Virus record (IMG/VR): IMGVR_UViG_3300017978_000236
DNA length: 64,000 nt
Strand: one strand, 5' to 3'
Source: an uncultured virus (IMG/VR IMGVR_UViG_3300017978_000236)
Taxonomy: Duplodnaviria; Heunggongvirae; Uroviricota; Caudoviricetes; Crassvirales
In this document: positions 35,188 to 45,586 of the stretch, in pieces
Layout of the letters: each line of letters begins with the position of its first letter
Position numbering within the stretch: position 1 is the stretch's first letter
The notes under the pieces: model-generated
The model's database searches: none
What the model saw: the letters and a program-made list of their open reading frames with translations, nothing else
Told to the model about the DNA's origin: nothing
Translations under genes and position numbers: made by a program

Positions 35188-35571
35188 TTATATTTGTTTA
35201 AATTTATTAAAAAATCTCTCTACACTTTCAAGTTCTAGCTTATGTAATTTATTTATTTGTCTAATTCTAGATTCCTTAGCATCTTCTAACGAACTAAATA
35301 TGTGATCACAATTAATTCTTAGTGTAGTTAAATCAGTATCTTCAATAAAATCATGAGCCAATCCCTTTGGTATCTCTATTTTGTATATCATCTCTGGATT
35401 TAACCTATCGTTAAGTTCTACACCTTTTATTATACCTCTGAATATATTGTCATTTCCATAAGCCACAAAAACAGATTCACCTATATTAAATTTCTTTTCA
35501 TTTCTTAGAAATCCATAATATCTATCATAACTGTTTTGAAACGATACTTTGTATATGTTATCTATTGTCAT
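35188..35571 (-). CDS. Hypothetical protein
   Basis: 127-aa ORF in the operon. Confidence 0.7.
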   Translation of the reverse strand: MTIDNIYKVSFQNSYDRYYGFLRNEKKFNIGESVFVAYGNDNIFRGIIKGVELNDRLNPEMIYKIEIPKGLAHDFIEDTDLTTLRINCDHIFSSLEDAKESRIRQINKLHKLELESVERFFNKFKQI

Positions 35572-35756
35572 AATCCTTTTTGTTTTTTAAATTCTTTTAA
35601 TGTTAATTTTGAAACGTGACCATCCATTAACCACTTTGCAAACTCAATAGCGTAATCATCTGAATGAATTTCTATTAATTCAGCAACGTGTTCTCTGTTA
35701 TAGTATTCATTAATCCAATCAATCAAAATATTTTGAAATTTTTCTTTTAGTGTCAT
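35568..35756 (-). CDS. Hypothetical protein, paralog of the next ORF
   Basis: Shares MTLKEKF...DDYAIEFAKWL...FKKQKGL with 35753-35971. Confidence 0.7.
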   Translation of the reverse strand: MTLKEKFQNILIDWINEYYNREHVAELIEIHSDDYAIEFAKWLMDGHVSKLTLKEFKKQKGL

Positions 35757-35971
35757 AATCCTTTTTCTTTTTTAAATTTTTTTAACATATCCTGATCTGA
35801 ATAGCCAAACCATTTTTCTGCGTTTTCTGGTGTGTCTTGTTTCCTTAACCAATTCGCAAAATCGATAGCGTAATCGTTTGCTATCTCTGTACATTTGTTA
35901 GCAACATTATCTGTACGTTCATCGTTCCATCCAGAAACTATTTCTTTATACTGTTCTTTTATTGTTTTCAT
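35753..35971 (-). CDS. Hypothetical protein, paralog of the previous ORF
   Basis: MKTIKEQY...NDYAIDFANWL...FKKEKGL. Confidence 0.7.
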   Translation of the reverse strand: MKTIKEQYKEIVSGWNDERTDNVANKCTEIANDYAIDFANWLRKQDTPENAEKWFGYSDQDMLKKFKKEKGL

Positions 35972-35973
35972 AT

Positions 35974-37725
35974 TTAAAATGGTATATCATCGAACGCATC
36001 CTTTGGATCGATAAATATTTCTGTTTTAGGTTTATAAATAGGAGAGACGTCATCGTTGTACTCTCCAATAATGTATGGTAATCCATCGTCATTAACTGAG
36101 TAATCAAAGTCAGCGATTGGAAATCCACGTGTATGTGTGAAGTGAGCGGTGATATGTGTGTCGTTATTAACGACAGAACAAACTGTCTCAGCTTTCTTTA
36201 AAACAGAACTACCAATGTGACCTACAGCCTTAGCACTACCATAGTTAGAGTGAAGAATTGTTGTTAAGTGAAATTGCTTATCATCTGTCCACTTCATAAT
36301 CTTTTGAATAGCACTTTGGCTTTCTTTCAAATCATTGAAGTCATCGACTAAGTCAGCAAGTCCGTCAATACCAACCAACCCTATGTTGTCTTTCATGTCG
36401 CTCTCATAAATCAACCACTCTATAAACTCAAGACGTTGCTTAGGTTCGTATGGTCTTAATGCGAATGGTTTATAGAATTCACATTCTGTATCGCCAGTCA
36501 TACGTAGAACCCTTTTAAATACGTTTTGAGCGTGGAAAGCTGATTGCTCAGTATCAATATCAATTACAAAGCAATCTCTGTCTCTGTGGCTTTTAATTGA
36601 GTCAGCATACTGATTAGTTTTACCACCTATGTACGATGCCATAATCATAGACTTCAAGAAAGTCTTTTTAGACTTAGACGCACCGACAATACAAGAGAAG
36701 TTTCCGTATGTACCGAAAGGTATAGGGAATACTCTAGTACCTAGATTATGTTCTCCTATACTGATAGCTACTGGTGGATACTCAATCTTCTTACGTACAT
36801 CAACAAATGAACTATCGTATATGTTTTGAAAGTTTATATTTACTTTCTTCTCTGCTTGAATAGATACTGGTGAATAGTCATCAAACTTAACATCTTCACT
36901 AAATGTTTTAGTGTTGAATAAATGAGACTTTCTATACGCACTCTCTACGCAGTTTCTTATCTCTTCTTCATCGAATCCGTGATGAGCAAATTGCATCATA
37001 AATCCTTTGGCTTCTAACTCACTAATACCAAATTCATTGAATGCCATAGATAAGATATAAACATTTCTGTTTCTTTCTCCCTCTACCATTCCATACCTTT
37101 CGCTCCACCACTTCATCAATCCAGATATAATCTTTTGATTATCCTGAATCTCTACTCTGAATTCTTTCTTTACAATCTCTTTAGGTTTTACCTTATCAAT
37201 AAAAGTCCCACTATCTTTATTAATGAAGATGTATTTATCAGAACTCATGTAGCATATTCTACTTTCGTTTACGCAACTTTCATCGAAATACTTAGAGTTA
37301 TAATATTCTTTAAGTGATAGAAAATGAGCTCTGTGGTCCTTTATTACTTTTGGTATCTTAACTATTAACTTAAGACCATCACCAGATGGAGACACAAATA
37401 CAGAGTATGTGTAGTCGTCATTTATAAGCAAATCTCTATAGTCATTTAATGATTGTGAATCTTCAAAACCATCAAAGTCAAGACAAATGAAACCACTGTG
37501 ATTTACAAAAGCATCATCACTTCTACTACTAAACTCACCAGAAAACAAGATGCAAGGTAACTTCTTCTTTATCTGATTTCTAGAAGATTTATCTTTCTCT
37601 AGTCTGATAGTCTCAACTATCGCTGAACAACTCTCACTCTTTATTTTACTAAGTACATAGTCTATGTCTGCGTACTTAGGTGTCTTAAGTGTGTATAAAT
37701 TATCAAATATCGTTACCTTACTCAT
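35974..37725 (-). CDS. Primase-helicase (BT4734/VirE-N-like domain, PriCT, RecA-like AAA_25 ATPase)
   Basis: KKKLPCILFSG, ICLDFD, SPSGDGLK, GERN, Walker A variant GASKSKKT, IDTEQ, IDGLAD, GHIGS. Confidence 0.8.
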   Translation of the reverse strand: MSKVTIFDNLYTLKTPKYADIDYVLSKIKSESCSAIVETIRLEKDKSSRNQIKKKLPCILFSGEFSSRSDDAFVNHSGFICLDFDGFEDSQSLNDYRDLLINDDYTYSVFVSPSGDGLKLIVKIPKVIKDHRAHFLSLKEYYNSKYFDESCVNESRICYMSSDKYIFINKDSGTFIDKVKPKEIVKKEFRVEIQDNQKIISGLMKWWSERYGMVEGERNRNVYILSMAFNEFGISELEAKGFMMQFAHHGFDEEEIRNCVESAYRKSHLFNTKTFSEDVKFDDYSPVSIQAEKKVNINFQNIYDSSFVDVRKKIEYPPVAISIGEHNLGTRVFPIPFGTYGNFSCIVGASKSKKTFLKSMIMASYIGGKTNQYADSIKSHRDRDCFVIDIDTEQSAFHAQNVFKRVLRMTGDTECEFYKPFALRPYEPKQRLEFIEWLIYESDMKDNIGLVGIDGLADLVDDFNDLKESQSAIQKIMKWTDDKQFHLTTILHSNYGSAKAVGHIGSSVLKKAETVCSVVNNDTHITAHFTHTRGFPIADFDYSVNDDGLPYIIGEYNDDVSPIYKPKTEIFIDPKDAFDDIPF

Positions 37726-37728
37726 ACG

Positions 37729-37950
37729 TTATACTTTGAAATATTTAGGATATTTAGTTCTCTTTAAATGTCTTTTATGTCTTTGAATAACTTCATGCGC
37801 TTCATAGTATGTTTTGTTATGAGAATATTTTTCTGTACTCGACCAGCAGTAGTTATCTATATTATCTATTGATTCCCATCTAAATAAGAAACATTGTCTA
37901 TATTGAGGTATAAAAGTATATTTATCTATTTGTTTTATTCTATAACTCAT
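37729..37950 (-). CDS. Hypothetical protein
   Basis: 73-aa ORF in the operon. Confidence 0.6.
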   Translation of the reverse strand: MSYRIKQIDKYTFIPQYRQCFLFRWESIDNIDNYCWSSTEKYSHNKTYYEAHEVIQRHKRHLKRTKYPKYFKV

Positions 37951-38606
37951 AACTTAAATGCTTTTAATGTATGTTCAAATGGATTTCCATCTATGTTTTT
38001 AACTAACTCTAGCATCTTCTGTGCTAATTCTCTAACCTCAACCTGTGCATGTTCAGAGTTTCTTAGTCCTTGAAAGTGTGCAAAGCTTCGGAAGTTAAAT
38101 GATATGTCCATAGTAATCTGACTATTCATTGTCTTGAAAAATCTTGCTGATTCCTTAGCTCTCTTACGACCAAGTATTGGAGTTAAATCTTCAAGGCATT
38201 TATGATACCAATGATTAGCATTTGTAGTAAACCATTCTAAATGCTCATACCAATTGGTATTTCCTACACTCATCATTTCTAATGAGTCTAAGTATTTCCA
38301 ATCTTCAGGTAAATAAGTTTTATCTTCCTTAAGTTCTTTATACCTAGCACTCTCTCCATTTATACTAACACCAATACGATGTTTAAGTAAATGAATATGT
38401 GTTGCTTGGTCTACATTAACCAAGAAATGTAATTGACTTTTCTCGAATGGTGTATGATGTCCTTCTGACGCTAACATATCTAACAAGTTTGGTATTCTAA
38501 CCGTCTTGCTCTCTGTTAACTCTCTTGATGTAGATGTCCATGCTGACTGAGCATGTATTGAATCTGAACCGTAATAACCTAATAACTCAACACTGTTTTC
38601 GTTCAT
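37947..38606 (-). CDS. thyX: Flavin-dependent thymidylate synthase
   Basis: GHHTPFEK, KHRIGVSINGESARY (RHR-x7-S-x-R variant), NFRSF and RNSEHAQVEVR. Confidence 0.9.
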   Translation of the reverse strand: MNENSVELLGYYGSDSIHAQSAWTSTSRELTESKTVRIPNLLDMLASEGHHTPFEKSQLHFLVNVDQATHIHLLKHRIGVSINGESARYKELKEDKTYLPEDWKYLDSLEMMSVGNTNWYEHLEWFTTNANHWYHKCLEDLTPILGRKRAKESARFFKTMNSQITMDISFNFRSFAHFQGLRNSEHAQVEVRELAQKMLELVKNIDGNPFEHTLKAFKL

Positions 38607-38623
38607 ATTATTTTTTTTAATTA

Positions 38624-39184
38624 TTAATTATATATTTTGTAAAACATTACAAATACTTTTCTACTATTAGTAAACTTATTAGGGTATTTACTATGAAAGT
38701 AATTACAAGGATAAGATACTACTCTATTCTTTTTGTGACCAATAACGGTTCTTAATGTCCAATAACTTGGGAAGTCTGCATCGTGAACTATCATTTTATT
38801 AAACTTATCTTCATCACCATCGAAAATATCTCCAAGCTCCTTGTGTTCCCAAAATGCGGTACCATTCAACCCAATCTCTTCTATGTCTGATATGAATAAA
38901 ACCAACGCTCTATCGGGTTGCTCTCCATTGATAATTGAATCATTGTGTATTCTCCAATCATCATCTTGACCTTCCTTAGCCTCCCTAAAGAAACTAAGTA
39001 CATTGGTTACATTGTTACCCTCTATTTCTGATATCTTATTACATATCATCCTTATAAAGTCATTCGTAGGATACTTAACCCAAAATGATTTGCCTGGCGT
39101 ATCTACTTTCTCGTACTCCGATTCATCTTTGTTTAAGAAGTCAATCAAGTAGTCGTCTAAAAAATTATCTTTTATGTAAATCAT
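38624..39184 (-). CDS. 2OG-Fe(II) oxygenase-like protein
   Basis: HxD (RIHNDS), GTAFW, NRVVSY..YFHS and distal R. Confidence 0.7.
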   Translation of the reverse strand: MIYIKDNFLDDYLIDFLNKDESEYEKVDTPGKSFWVKYPTNDFIRMICNKISEIEGNNVTNVLSFFREAKEGQDDDWRIHNDSIINGEQPDRALVLFISDIEEIGLNGTAFWEHKELGDIFDGDEDKFNKMIVHDADFPSYWTLRTVIGHKKNRVVSYPCNYFHSKYPNKFTNSRKVFVMFYKIYN

Positions 39185-39617
39185 CTTTATTTTTTTTTAG
39201 TTACATACCCTTTGCACTTATTACAAAGAACATCATCAGTCCAACCTATGCTTATGGTAGCATAACAACTATTACATAAAGTAGCTCCGTTACCACCATT
39301 TAGTTTGTGTATAGGTCTCATAGCTTCTCTATTTCTTTTCTTACGTTATACCAATACGAAGAACCAGTTTCTGATATCAATTCATCTACAGCTATTAATG
39401 CACATTTCTTAGCTTCAATAACTCTTCCGTCATAAATCTGTAGGTACTTATTAACCAACTCTATTGCTTTATCTTTTACTATCATTTCAGCATGTATTTA
39501 ATTGGTTTTACATCTACGTGATTCTTAGCTAATTCTTTAGCCTTTTCTTTTAACTCAATGTTTAGTTCAAAAATACTTTTCTTCTCTTTCAAACCTCTTG
39601 CTTTTCTTACTGGCATA

Positions 39618-40295
39618 TTATATTCCCATTGATTTTAATAATTCTTTTCTCTTACTCGCTGCTAAATCTTCTTTACTTATACCTGCGCTGCCTGAGTTTA
39701 CATATTTCTCAAACTTATCTGGTCTTGATATGAATTCTAGAGTCAAGTACTTTGGATTTGCTTGGTGAAATTCATCTTCAAAGCAATTCTTTATAGCTTT
39801 AGTTATATCTGATTTAGTATAACCATCTCTCAACCTTGCTCTAAATTGTTTCTTAGCCTTATCTGCTACCGTTCTAATTTGTTTCCCAGTAATATGATTA
39901 AACCACTTCAATAAAGAATCAAAATCAATATCATCTGTATTACTATTTATAGTAATATTATTATTATCTTTAAACTTTTCTTTAATAGGGGTATCTAAGT
40001 TATCTTTAATACCTAAAAGCAATACAATCTCCCTATTTTTTATTTCTTTAGAACCATCTTTGTATATCATTCTGGTCTCAACATACCCATACTTTACTAA
40101 TTGAGAAACCCATTTAGATATAGATATAGTACTTACACCATACAGGTCTGAAAAGTACTTATTTGAGGCATTACAGACACCATTCTTGTTACATAGACAA
40201 GTTATCTCTGCAAACAATAATTTTGCGTTAGGAGATAGATTTTCATCATACCTAACTTCAGCGGGTATTATTGCGTAATAATTTGGCTTCTCCAT
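39618..40295 (-). CDS. Replication initiator (N-terminal wHTH, lambda O / replisome-organizer-like)
   Basis: YYAIIPAEVRYD.NLSPNAKLLFAEI..L....GVCNASNKYF; C-terminal RPDKFEKY; iteron-like repeat inside the linker. Confidence 0.8.
   Translation of the reverse strand: MEKPNYYAIIPAEVRYDENLSPNAKLLFAEITCLCNKNGVCNASNKYFSDLYGVSTISISKWVSQLVKYGYVETRMIYKDGSKEIKNREIVLLLGIKDNLDTPIKEKFKDNNNITINSNTDDIDFDSLLKWFNHITGKQIRTVADKAKKQFRARLRDGYTKSDITKAIKNCFEDEFHQANPKYLTLEFISRPDKFEKYVNSGSAGISKEDLAASKRKELLKSMGI
39953..40013 (+). repeat. Dispersed iteron-like element, copy B, inside the initiator gene (candidate origin)
   Basis: ATTATCTTTAAACTTTTCTTTAATAGGGGTATCTAAGTTATCTTTAATACC. Confidence 0.75.
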
Positions 40296-40372
40296 TAAAA
40301 TAAGGGGTTAAAAAACCACCTAAAGAATAATCAATAGGTGGTTATAGTTGTGTGTGTTTTAGTAATTAATTC

Positions 40373-40672
40373 CTAGAAAGGCAAATCATCTACTACTTCT
40401 TGTGCTTTAGCTTTAGCTTTAGGAGCTTGTGCTGGTGATGATTGTGAATCTTTATCCCAAATAATATTACCGCTTCCTAAATAGTTTTTCGGTGTCTTAG
40501 AAGATACTTCTTCTTTAGTTTGACTTTGCCAAACACTAGCTATCTTACCATACTCATTAACTTCATCATTTAAAGCAACAGTGATGTTTGCGTAAGTTCC
40601 TTTCTCTCCCTTGATAAGTTTAGACTTGTCTAGTGCTGATAGATTAATACTGATTCCAATTCCTTTACTCAT
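40373..40672 (-). CDS. Putative single-stranded DNA-binding protein
   Basis: Short beta protein, flexible linker and acidic DDLPF tail; follows ERF and the exonuclease. Confidence 0.7.
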   Translation of the reverse strand: MSKGIGISINLSALDKSKLIKGEKGTYANITVALNDEVNEYGKIASVWQSQTKEEVSSKTPKNYLGSGNIIWDKDSQSSPAQAPKAKAKAQEVVDDLPF

Positions 40673-40733
40673 AATTTATTTATTTAATTTAATTTCTAAG
40701 AGATTTTATTTCCGTATCTCTTTTTAACGGATG

Positions 40734-40741
40734 CAAATGTA
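40734..40741 (-). promoter_or_regulatory. Bacteroidota -7 promoter element
   Basis: TACATTTG(CA) on the minus strand upstream of the SSB gene. Confidence 0.65.
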
Positions 40742-40784
40742 TATAGTTATTAAGAAACCAACAAAACAATTATTAAAATAATTT

Positions 40785-41456
40785 TTAAATAGTCTTTATA
40801 AATTCTCTACACTTAATTACTTTCTCATCGATGAGGTTTATCATCTCATCATCTCTGTCTAATTCAAATACCTTGATACGATTCTCTAGTGGTATATGAG
40901 AATATGTTTGAGACTCTCTAACTTCCTCTATAAGTACATCTAAGAAGTCGTCAGGTAATTTCTCCTTGTACATAATACTCTTAGCCTCACGAACAATAAT
41001 ATCCTCAGGCGTATCTAGTAATACATATACTAACTTAGCTTTTTTCTTGCCAGTCAACCTCATATACCCTTGCAACTGACAAATGTAATTCTTGTTAGTA
41101 ATCTTCTTTTCTAATATAGGAAAGCTAGATAATGAGAAGCTACATTTAATATCTAATACCTCATCATCGGAAATTAAGTCAGGTGTCCCTTGAATATAAT
41201 CATCCTCGAAGAACTCGTCATTCTTGACATGATTGGTTTTGAACACAGTGTTGTATGCCCTAATAGCCTCATCTTCTAACTGCAAACCTTTGTCTGTATA
41301 TTTAGAAGATATATCTGTTCTAACACCAAAAGTCTTCTCTAGATACCAATTGTTTAGATGCGTCTTTAGTGTTGCTGATATAGGCTCAGACTTTGAACGT
41401 GCTTCAGTGAAGAGAGCTCCTAGTGCGGAGCATCTCATCTTAAATTGTTTATCCAT
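40785..41456 (-). CDS. YqaJ / lambda-exonuclease family protein
   Basis: RCSALG, GLQLEDEAI, GTPD, LDIKCS and QLQGYM motifs. Confidence 0.85.
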   Translation of the reverse strand: MDKQFKMRCSALGALFTEARSKSEPISATLKTHLNNWYLEKTFGVRTDISSKYTDKGLQLEDEAIRAYNTVFKTNHVKNDEFFEDDYIQGTPDLISDDEVLDIKCSFSLSSFPILEKKITNKNYICQLQGYMRLTGKKKAKLVYVLLDTPEDIIVREAKSIMYKEKLPDDFLDVLIEEVRESQTYSHIPLENRIKVFELDRDDEMINLIDEKVIKCREFIKTI

Positions 41457-41515
41457 TTATTACTACTATTATCATCATTAATAAAAATGCTACGAATGTT
41501 ACAAGCTGTTTCATA

Positions 41516-42061
41516 CTACGTCAATTGCTTTAGTTGTTCAGGTGTCAATTCAAATGCGCCAATCAAAGCTTCTTTGGAATACTTACCCTCGTTAATAGAT
41601 TTTAAAGCCTTATCGAATCTGTCTTTACTTATAGATTGTTTCTTGTGGTCGTTAGTAGCATCTGCGTCTTGTGTGTCATCAATAAGTAATAGATTACCTA
41701 GTGCGTACTTCTTAGCGTAAGATGATGCACTACCGAACTGCTGAGGTACAGCCATACCTTTCTGCATTAAATCTACACCTACTATAGCTGACGAACTGAT
41801 TACATCTCCACTATCAACATCATGTATTGTAGCTACACTATCAATGATTGGTGGTTCGCTAGTGATTAGCTTCTCTGATATTGTGAAGTATACTCTGTAC
41901 TCAGCGTTGAAAGGTTTTAAACCCTCTAGAATATCCTCTGCACTTCTGAAGTTATACTTTGCAAATGCATTGTATCTACTTTTGTTCGCCTTGAAACGAA
42001 TCTGAATCTCACTTAGTTTCTGTGCTAATGAAATTGTCTTTGGTGTTTTTTCTACAGCCAT
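41516..42061 (-). CDS. ERF-family ssDNA annealing protein
   Basis: YNFRSAEDILE and QQFGSASSYAKKYALGNLLLIDDTQDAD. Confidence 0.88.
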   Translation of the reverse strand: MAVEKTPKTISLAQKLSEIQIRFKANKSRYNAFAKYNFRSAEDILEGLKPFNAEYRVYFTISEKLITSEPPIIDSVATIHDVDSGDVISSSAIVGVDLMQKGMAVPQQFGSASSYAKKYALGNLLLIDDTQDADATNDHKKQSISKDRFDKALKSINEGKYSKEALIGAFELTPEQLKQLT

Positions 42062-42114
42062 AATTTAATTAAATTTAAAGTTCAAAATTAGTGTTTATAA
42101 TTATCAAAAACAAA

Positions 42115-42519
42115 TTATGTTAATAACTCTTTTTCTAAAGATGGGTATCTATCTATAATATTCTTACATCTCTTAGAGTATTCTCCTAATATATTATTAG
42201 CCTTATCTATCATCTTCTTACTAGACCTTTTATTAGTAAGAACCGAACCATATCTTTTAAACAATACATCATAAGACTTATAGCTATCTCTAGCTGCTGC
42301 TTGAAAGACCCCGTGCTCTAGTATATAATCCATATCTTCATCGGTTAAATTTCTATAGATTGTTTTTCTAGTTGTATAACATCTATAAACATCCACATCA
42401 CCACTAACATCTTTCTCAAACTTAAATCCTGAGAAGAATATACAATGATTACTACCGAATTTAAAAACAGGTAGCTTATAATCAAGCATTTTCTCGTAAA
42501 CTATTTTTTCTTTACTCAT
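42115..42519 (-). CDS. Hypothetical protein
   Basis: 134-aa ORF. Confidence 0.7.
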   Translation of the reverse strand: MSKEKIVYEKMLDYKLPVFKFGSNHCIFFSGFKFEKDVSGDVDVYRCYTTRKTIYRNLTDEDMDYILEHGVFQAAARDSYKSYDVLFKRYGSVLTNKRSSKKMIDKANNILGEYSKRCKNIIDRYPSLEKELLT

Positions 42520-42532
42520 ATATTTGTTTTTT

Positions 42533-42772
42533 TTATAAATAACTTTCTAAATACTCCTCTAAATCTTCACCATTTTCATTTTGAAATATATCTGGACACA
42601 TTCCATTAGTATACCACTCTAGAACAATTAAATATACCTCCTCTTTTGTTAGTTCTAGTCTTTCAATTACAGGTCTGCCATCTTCAAAATCAGCGTGTTC
42701 TTTACAAACTCCACATATACCAGTGCCTTCTACCCATTCAGTAGCTCCACAGCAATCACTTACCATACTCAT
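42533..42772 (-). CDS. Small zinc-ribbon protein
   Basis: SDCCGA...GICGVCKEHA. Confidence 0.7.
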   Translation of the reverse strand: MSMVSDCCGATEWVEGTGICGVCKEHADFEDGRPVIERLELTKEEVYLIVLEWYTNGMCPDIFQNENGEDLEEYLESYL

Positions 42773-42773
42773 A

Positions 42774-43010
42774 TTAAAAAAGTCTTTTAATTTGGTTAAT
42801 ATCCATAGACAATATACTAGTTAAAGCATCGTCTACCTCGTGTTTTGTATTAAGTATTTTAAATAACAAGTGTACTTTGTTGGTTGTCAGTCTTCTACCT
42901 CTAGAGAATAATTTTACTCTATTTAAAGTGTCTTGAAATTCAATGTGTTCTTGTGGTGTTGTTAATGGTTCTCCATTATCATTAACCCATTTTCCGTTAA
43001 CTACTTTCAT
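42774..43010 (-). CDS. Hypothetical protein
   Basis: 78-aa ORF. Confidence 0.7.
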   Translation of the reverse strand: MKVVNGKWVNDNGEPLTTPQEHIEFQDTLNRVKLFSRGRRLTTNKVHLLFKILNTKHEVDDALTSILSMDINQIKRLF

Positions 43011-43022
43011 CTTTATTTATTT

Positions 43023-43601
43023 TTAAAATTGTATTTGTGAATAATCAATAGTTGCGAACTGTCCATTCGTATACATTAACATACCACCATGACCCTCTGG
43101 CATAGAATAAATAGACAATCCTCCTAATAAATCCTCGTGATAAGACCATTTGCTTATTCTACTCATTGACCTATCTCCCCATCCAACTCCTCGAATAGGA
43201 ATTGTATTTTCTGGTGTAAATCTAGTAAAGTAACTCATTAAGTAAGGTTTTACAAATTCATTATCTACCTTTCTAAAATTACTTATACTTTGATAAGTCC
43301 AATCATCTCCGAATGTTTCATCAAAAAATCCAACTCCAACAACTTGGTCTTCGGTCTTTTTATAAACTAATATCTCTGAATTTGAAACGCTACTTTCAAA
43401 ACTACCAAGATACCAACCCTCACCACTCCATTCATTTGTAGATATATTTACTCCCGAAGAAACTAAATTTGCTCTTTGCTCTAATACTGGTGCTTCCGTT
43501 ACAAATAAGTCAGGGAACCATTGTTTTAATTTTACTTTACTAGCCAAAGAATCTTTGGATAGTTGCATTATTTGCTGTTTTGTTATACTATGTGTGCTCA
43601 T
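43023..43601 (-). CDS. Hypothetical protein
   Basis: 192-aa ORF. Confidence 0.7.
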   Translation of the reverse strand: MSTHSITKQQIMQLSKDSLASKVKLKQWFPDLFVTEAPVLEQRANLVSSGVNISTNEWSGEGWYLGSFESSVSNSEILVYKKTEDQVVGVGFFDETFGDDWTYQSISNFRKVDNEFVKPYLMSYFTRFTPENTIPIRGVGWGDRSMSRISKWSYHEDLLGGLSIYSMPEGHGGMLMYTNGQFATIDYSQIQF

Positions 43602-43604
43602 GTT

Positions 43605-43805
43605 TTATGATTGTGAATTAAATATTAAATCCTCTATACTATCTATTTTTAATCTCTCTTTATAAACAATCTTTGCATCGTTAAAGGTTAGGTTCAACTC
43701 TAATTGAATCTTTCTTATCTGATTGATTTCTTCATAATAGTTTTTGTCAATCTTCATAACCTCTAATGCGATGCAAAGTCTGTTTGTTCTTCTTCTTTTA
43801 TTCAT
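43605..43805 (-). CDS. Small basic hypothetical protein
   Basis: 66 aa; weakly resembles 47061-47264 (RRR N-terminus, F/Y-N-D/E-AK). Confidence 0.6.
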   Translation of the reverse strand: MNKRRRTNRLCIALEVMKIDKNYYEEINQIRKIQLELNLTFNDAKIVYKERLKIDSIEDLIFNSQS

Positions 43806-45558
43806 TAATAACTTCCTCCATTTTATATATTACTTCTCCGTCTTTGATTACTTCAATCAATTCGTCAGTAGTAGTGCTCTTAATAGCCTCTACTAAGTCA
43901 TCATTTGTATACCAATTAGTGAATACTGAAACGTTTACCTCATTATTGTTAGTGAAGTATTTAACATTAATCTCATCACCATCTATAAACCAATACTCTC
44001 CGTCTAAGTCATTGAAATATGCCTCTTCACTTAAACAATGTGTACCATCATTAAGGTAACAAGCGTCATCCATATAAACATATTCTTCGTATCTTCTAGA
44101 CTCCTCACAATCGATGTATGTAGTGTCAGCATCTTCGTCAACCCAAATATCTTTGTACTCTAGGTAAACACAATTTTCTTTTAACTCATCACGTCCTGAG
44201 TTATCTGCGAACACACAATAATCAGCTCTGTAATACTCGCTTTGACTCTCAACCCAACAAGCATCATCTAAATGAATTCTATCATCGCTTCTAGCACAAT
44301 AAACATAGTCATCATCATTACCCTCGAATGTTTCTTGAGAACCATCAGTATCTGTGAACTCATAACTTCCGCTACCATTTGTAAGTATCATAGTATCTGA
44401 GTCAATATCATCTGTATACTTGAATGTATCCATGTAAGGCATACTGCGTATATTCTTAACAGTTATTCTATACTCATCAGAGAAACAACCATCGCTATTA
44501 ACCCATGAATCATTGTCATTGTAAGATTGATTCTCTTTGTGCACATAGCCATTGTCTATTGCATATCTCTTGAACTTCTCTATAGTTACATCTGTACCAT
44601 AGATTCTATCCATTACAGCAGTACCACAATTGGTATTCCATAACAATGCACGACCAACTACTTTATCATCATCGTTTAAAGCTACTAATAACTTAACTAC
44701 ACTCTCATTAGCTGCATAGAATCGTATATACCCAGAGCAATGGTCGTATCGCATACAACTACTACCTAGTGATGCAGTTTCTTCGTTGGCATAGTTACGC
44801 TCATCGTAATATTTAACTATATCGTCACCTGACACAACTTTGAACTCTATTTTAGTAACATAAGCAGCTACTGCCGCATTGTTTAGTTGCTCATAAAACC
44901 TATTAGAATACTTAAATCTTAACGGCATCTTTTTAATACCTCTAACGAACTTAGCATTTATTCTATTGGTCTTGCTCCATTTACCACTATCTCCAATCAC
45001 AGTAGCTTTACCCTTTGGTATATAGCTAATCTCAAAATCCTCATCACATTCTTTTGCATCGAAGTTTCTATCAAATACTTTTGAGAAGTTACACATTGAT
45101 AGTCTGTAATACAATTCTAAGTCAAACAATCTAGCTTCGTTTGGATTGTCAAATGACGTGCGTTGTAATATGCTGTGAATTTTATACAAGAATCTATCTG
45201 ATATAAGTTTCTTATCAAAATCAGTTCTTGCTGTATCAATCATAGCCATCATCATAGTTTGTGACTTGGCGTTTTCTAAACAATAAATAACATCTAAAGA
45301 ATCTGTATATGAATCGTAAAACTTTTCTTCGTATAAATTATTATTTATGTATTTACGCATAAACTCATACTCTAGAGTATTTCCATTTATATTTACATAG
45401 TCTAAAAAACCATCTATGCATCTTCTAAATGAATAAGTATTGTTCATTTCCCATCTAGTATCTCCAGATATTAATTTGTCAAGAGCAGCACTCTCCTCAT
45501 CTTTGCCAAGTTGTGATAAAATTTCTGATATGTTGATTATATTGAATTTAATTTCCAT
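43798..45558 (-). CDS. Conserved phage protein with a Cys/Asp-rich repetitive C-terminus
   Basis: SLGSSCMRY, GRALLW, MDRIY and PYMDTF motifs. Confidence 0.7.
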   Translation of the reverse strand: MEIKFNIINISEILSQLGKDEESAALDKLISGDTRWEMNNTYSFRRCIDGFLDYVNINGNTLEYEFMRKYINNNLYEEKFYDSYTDSLDVIYCLENAKSQTMMMAMIDTARTDFDKKLISDRFLYKIHSILQRTSFDNPNEARLFDLELYYRLSMCNFSKVFDRNFDAKECDEDFEISYIPKGKATVIGDSGKWSKTNRINAKFVRGIKKMPLRFKYSNRFYEQLNNAAVAAYVTKIEFKVVSGDDIVKYYDERNYANEETASLGSSCMRYDHCSGYIRFYAANESVVKLLVALNDDDKVVGRALLWNTNCGTAVMDRIYGTDVTIEKFKRYAIDNGYVHKENQSYNDNDSWVNSDGCFSDEYRITVKNIRSMPYMDTFKYTDDIDSDTMILTNGSGSYEFTDTDGSQETFEGNDDDYVYCARSDDRIHLDDACWVESQSEYYRADYCVFADNSGRDELKENCVYLEYKDIWVDEDADTTYIDCEESRRYEEYVYMDDACYLNDGTHCLSEEAYFNDLDGEYWFIDGDEINVKYFTNNNEVNVSVFTNWYTNDDLVEAIKSTTTDELIEVIKDGEVIYKMEEVINE

Positions 45559-45586
45559 GGTTATATTATTTTATGTTATGTTATTT

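Noticed and set aside
36660..36690. Walker A GASKSKKT read as an inactivated helicase
   Set aside because: The catalytic Lys-Thr and the downstream motifs (DTEQ, DG, H, GHIGS) are intact, so it is more likely a family variant than a pseudogene.
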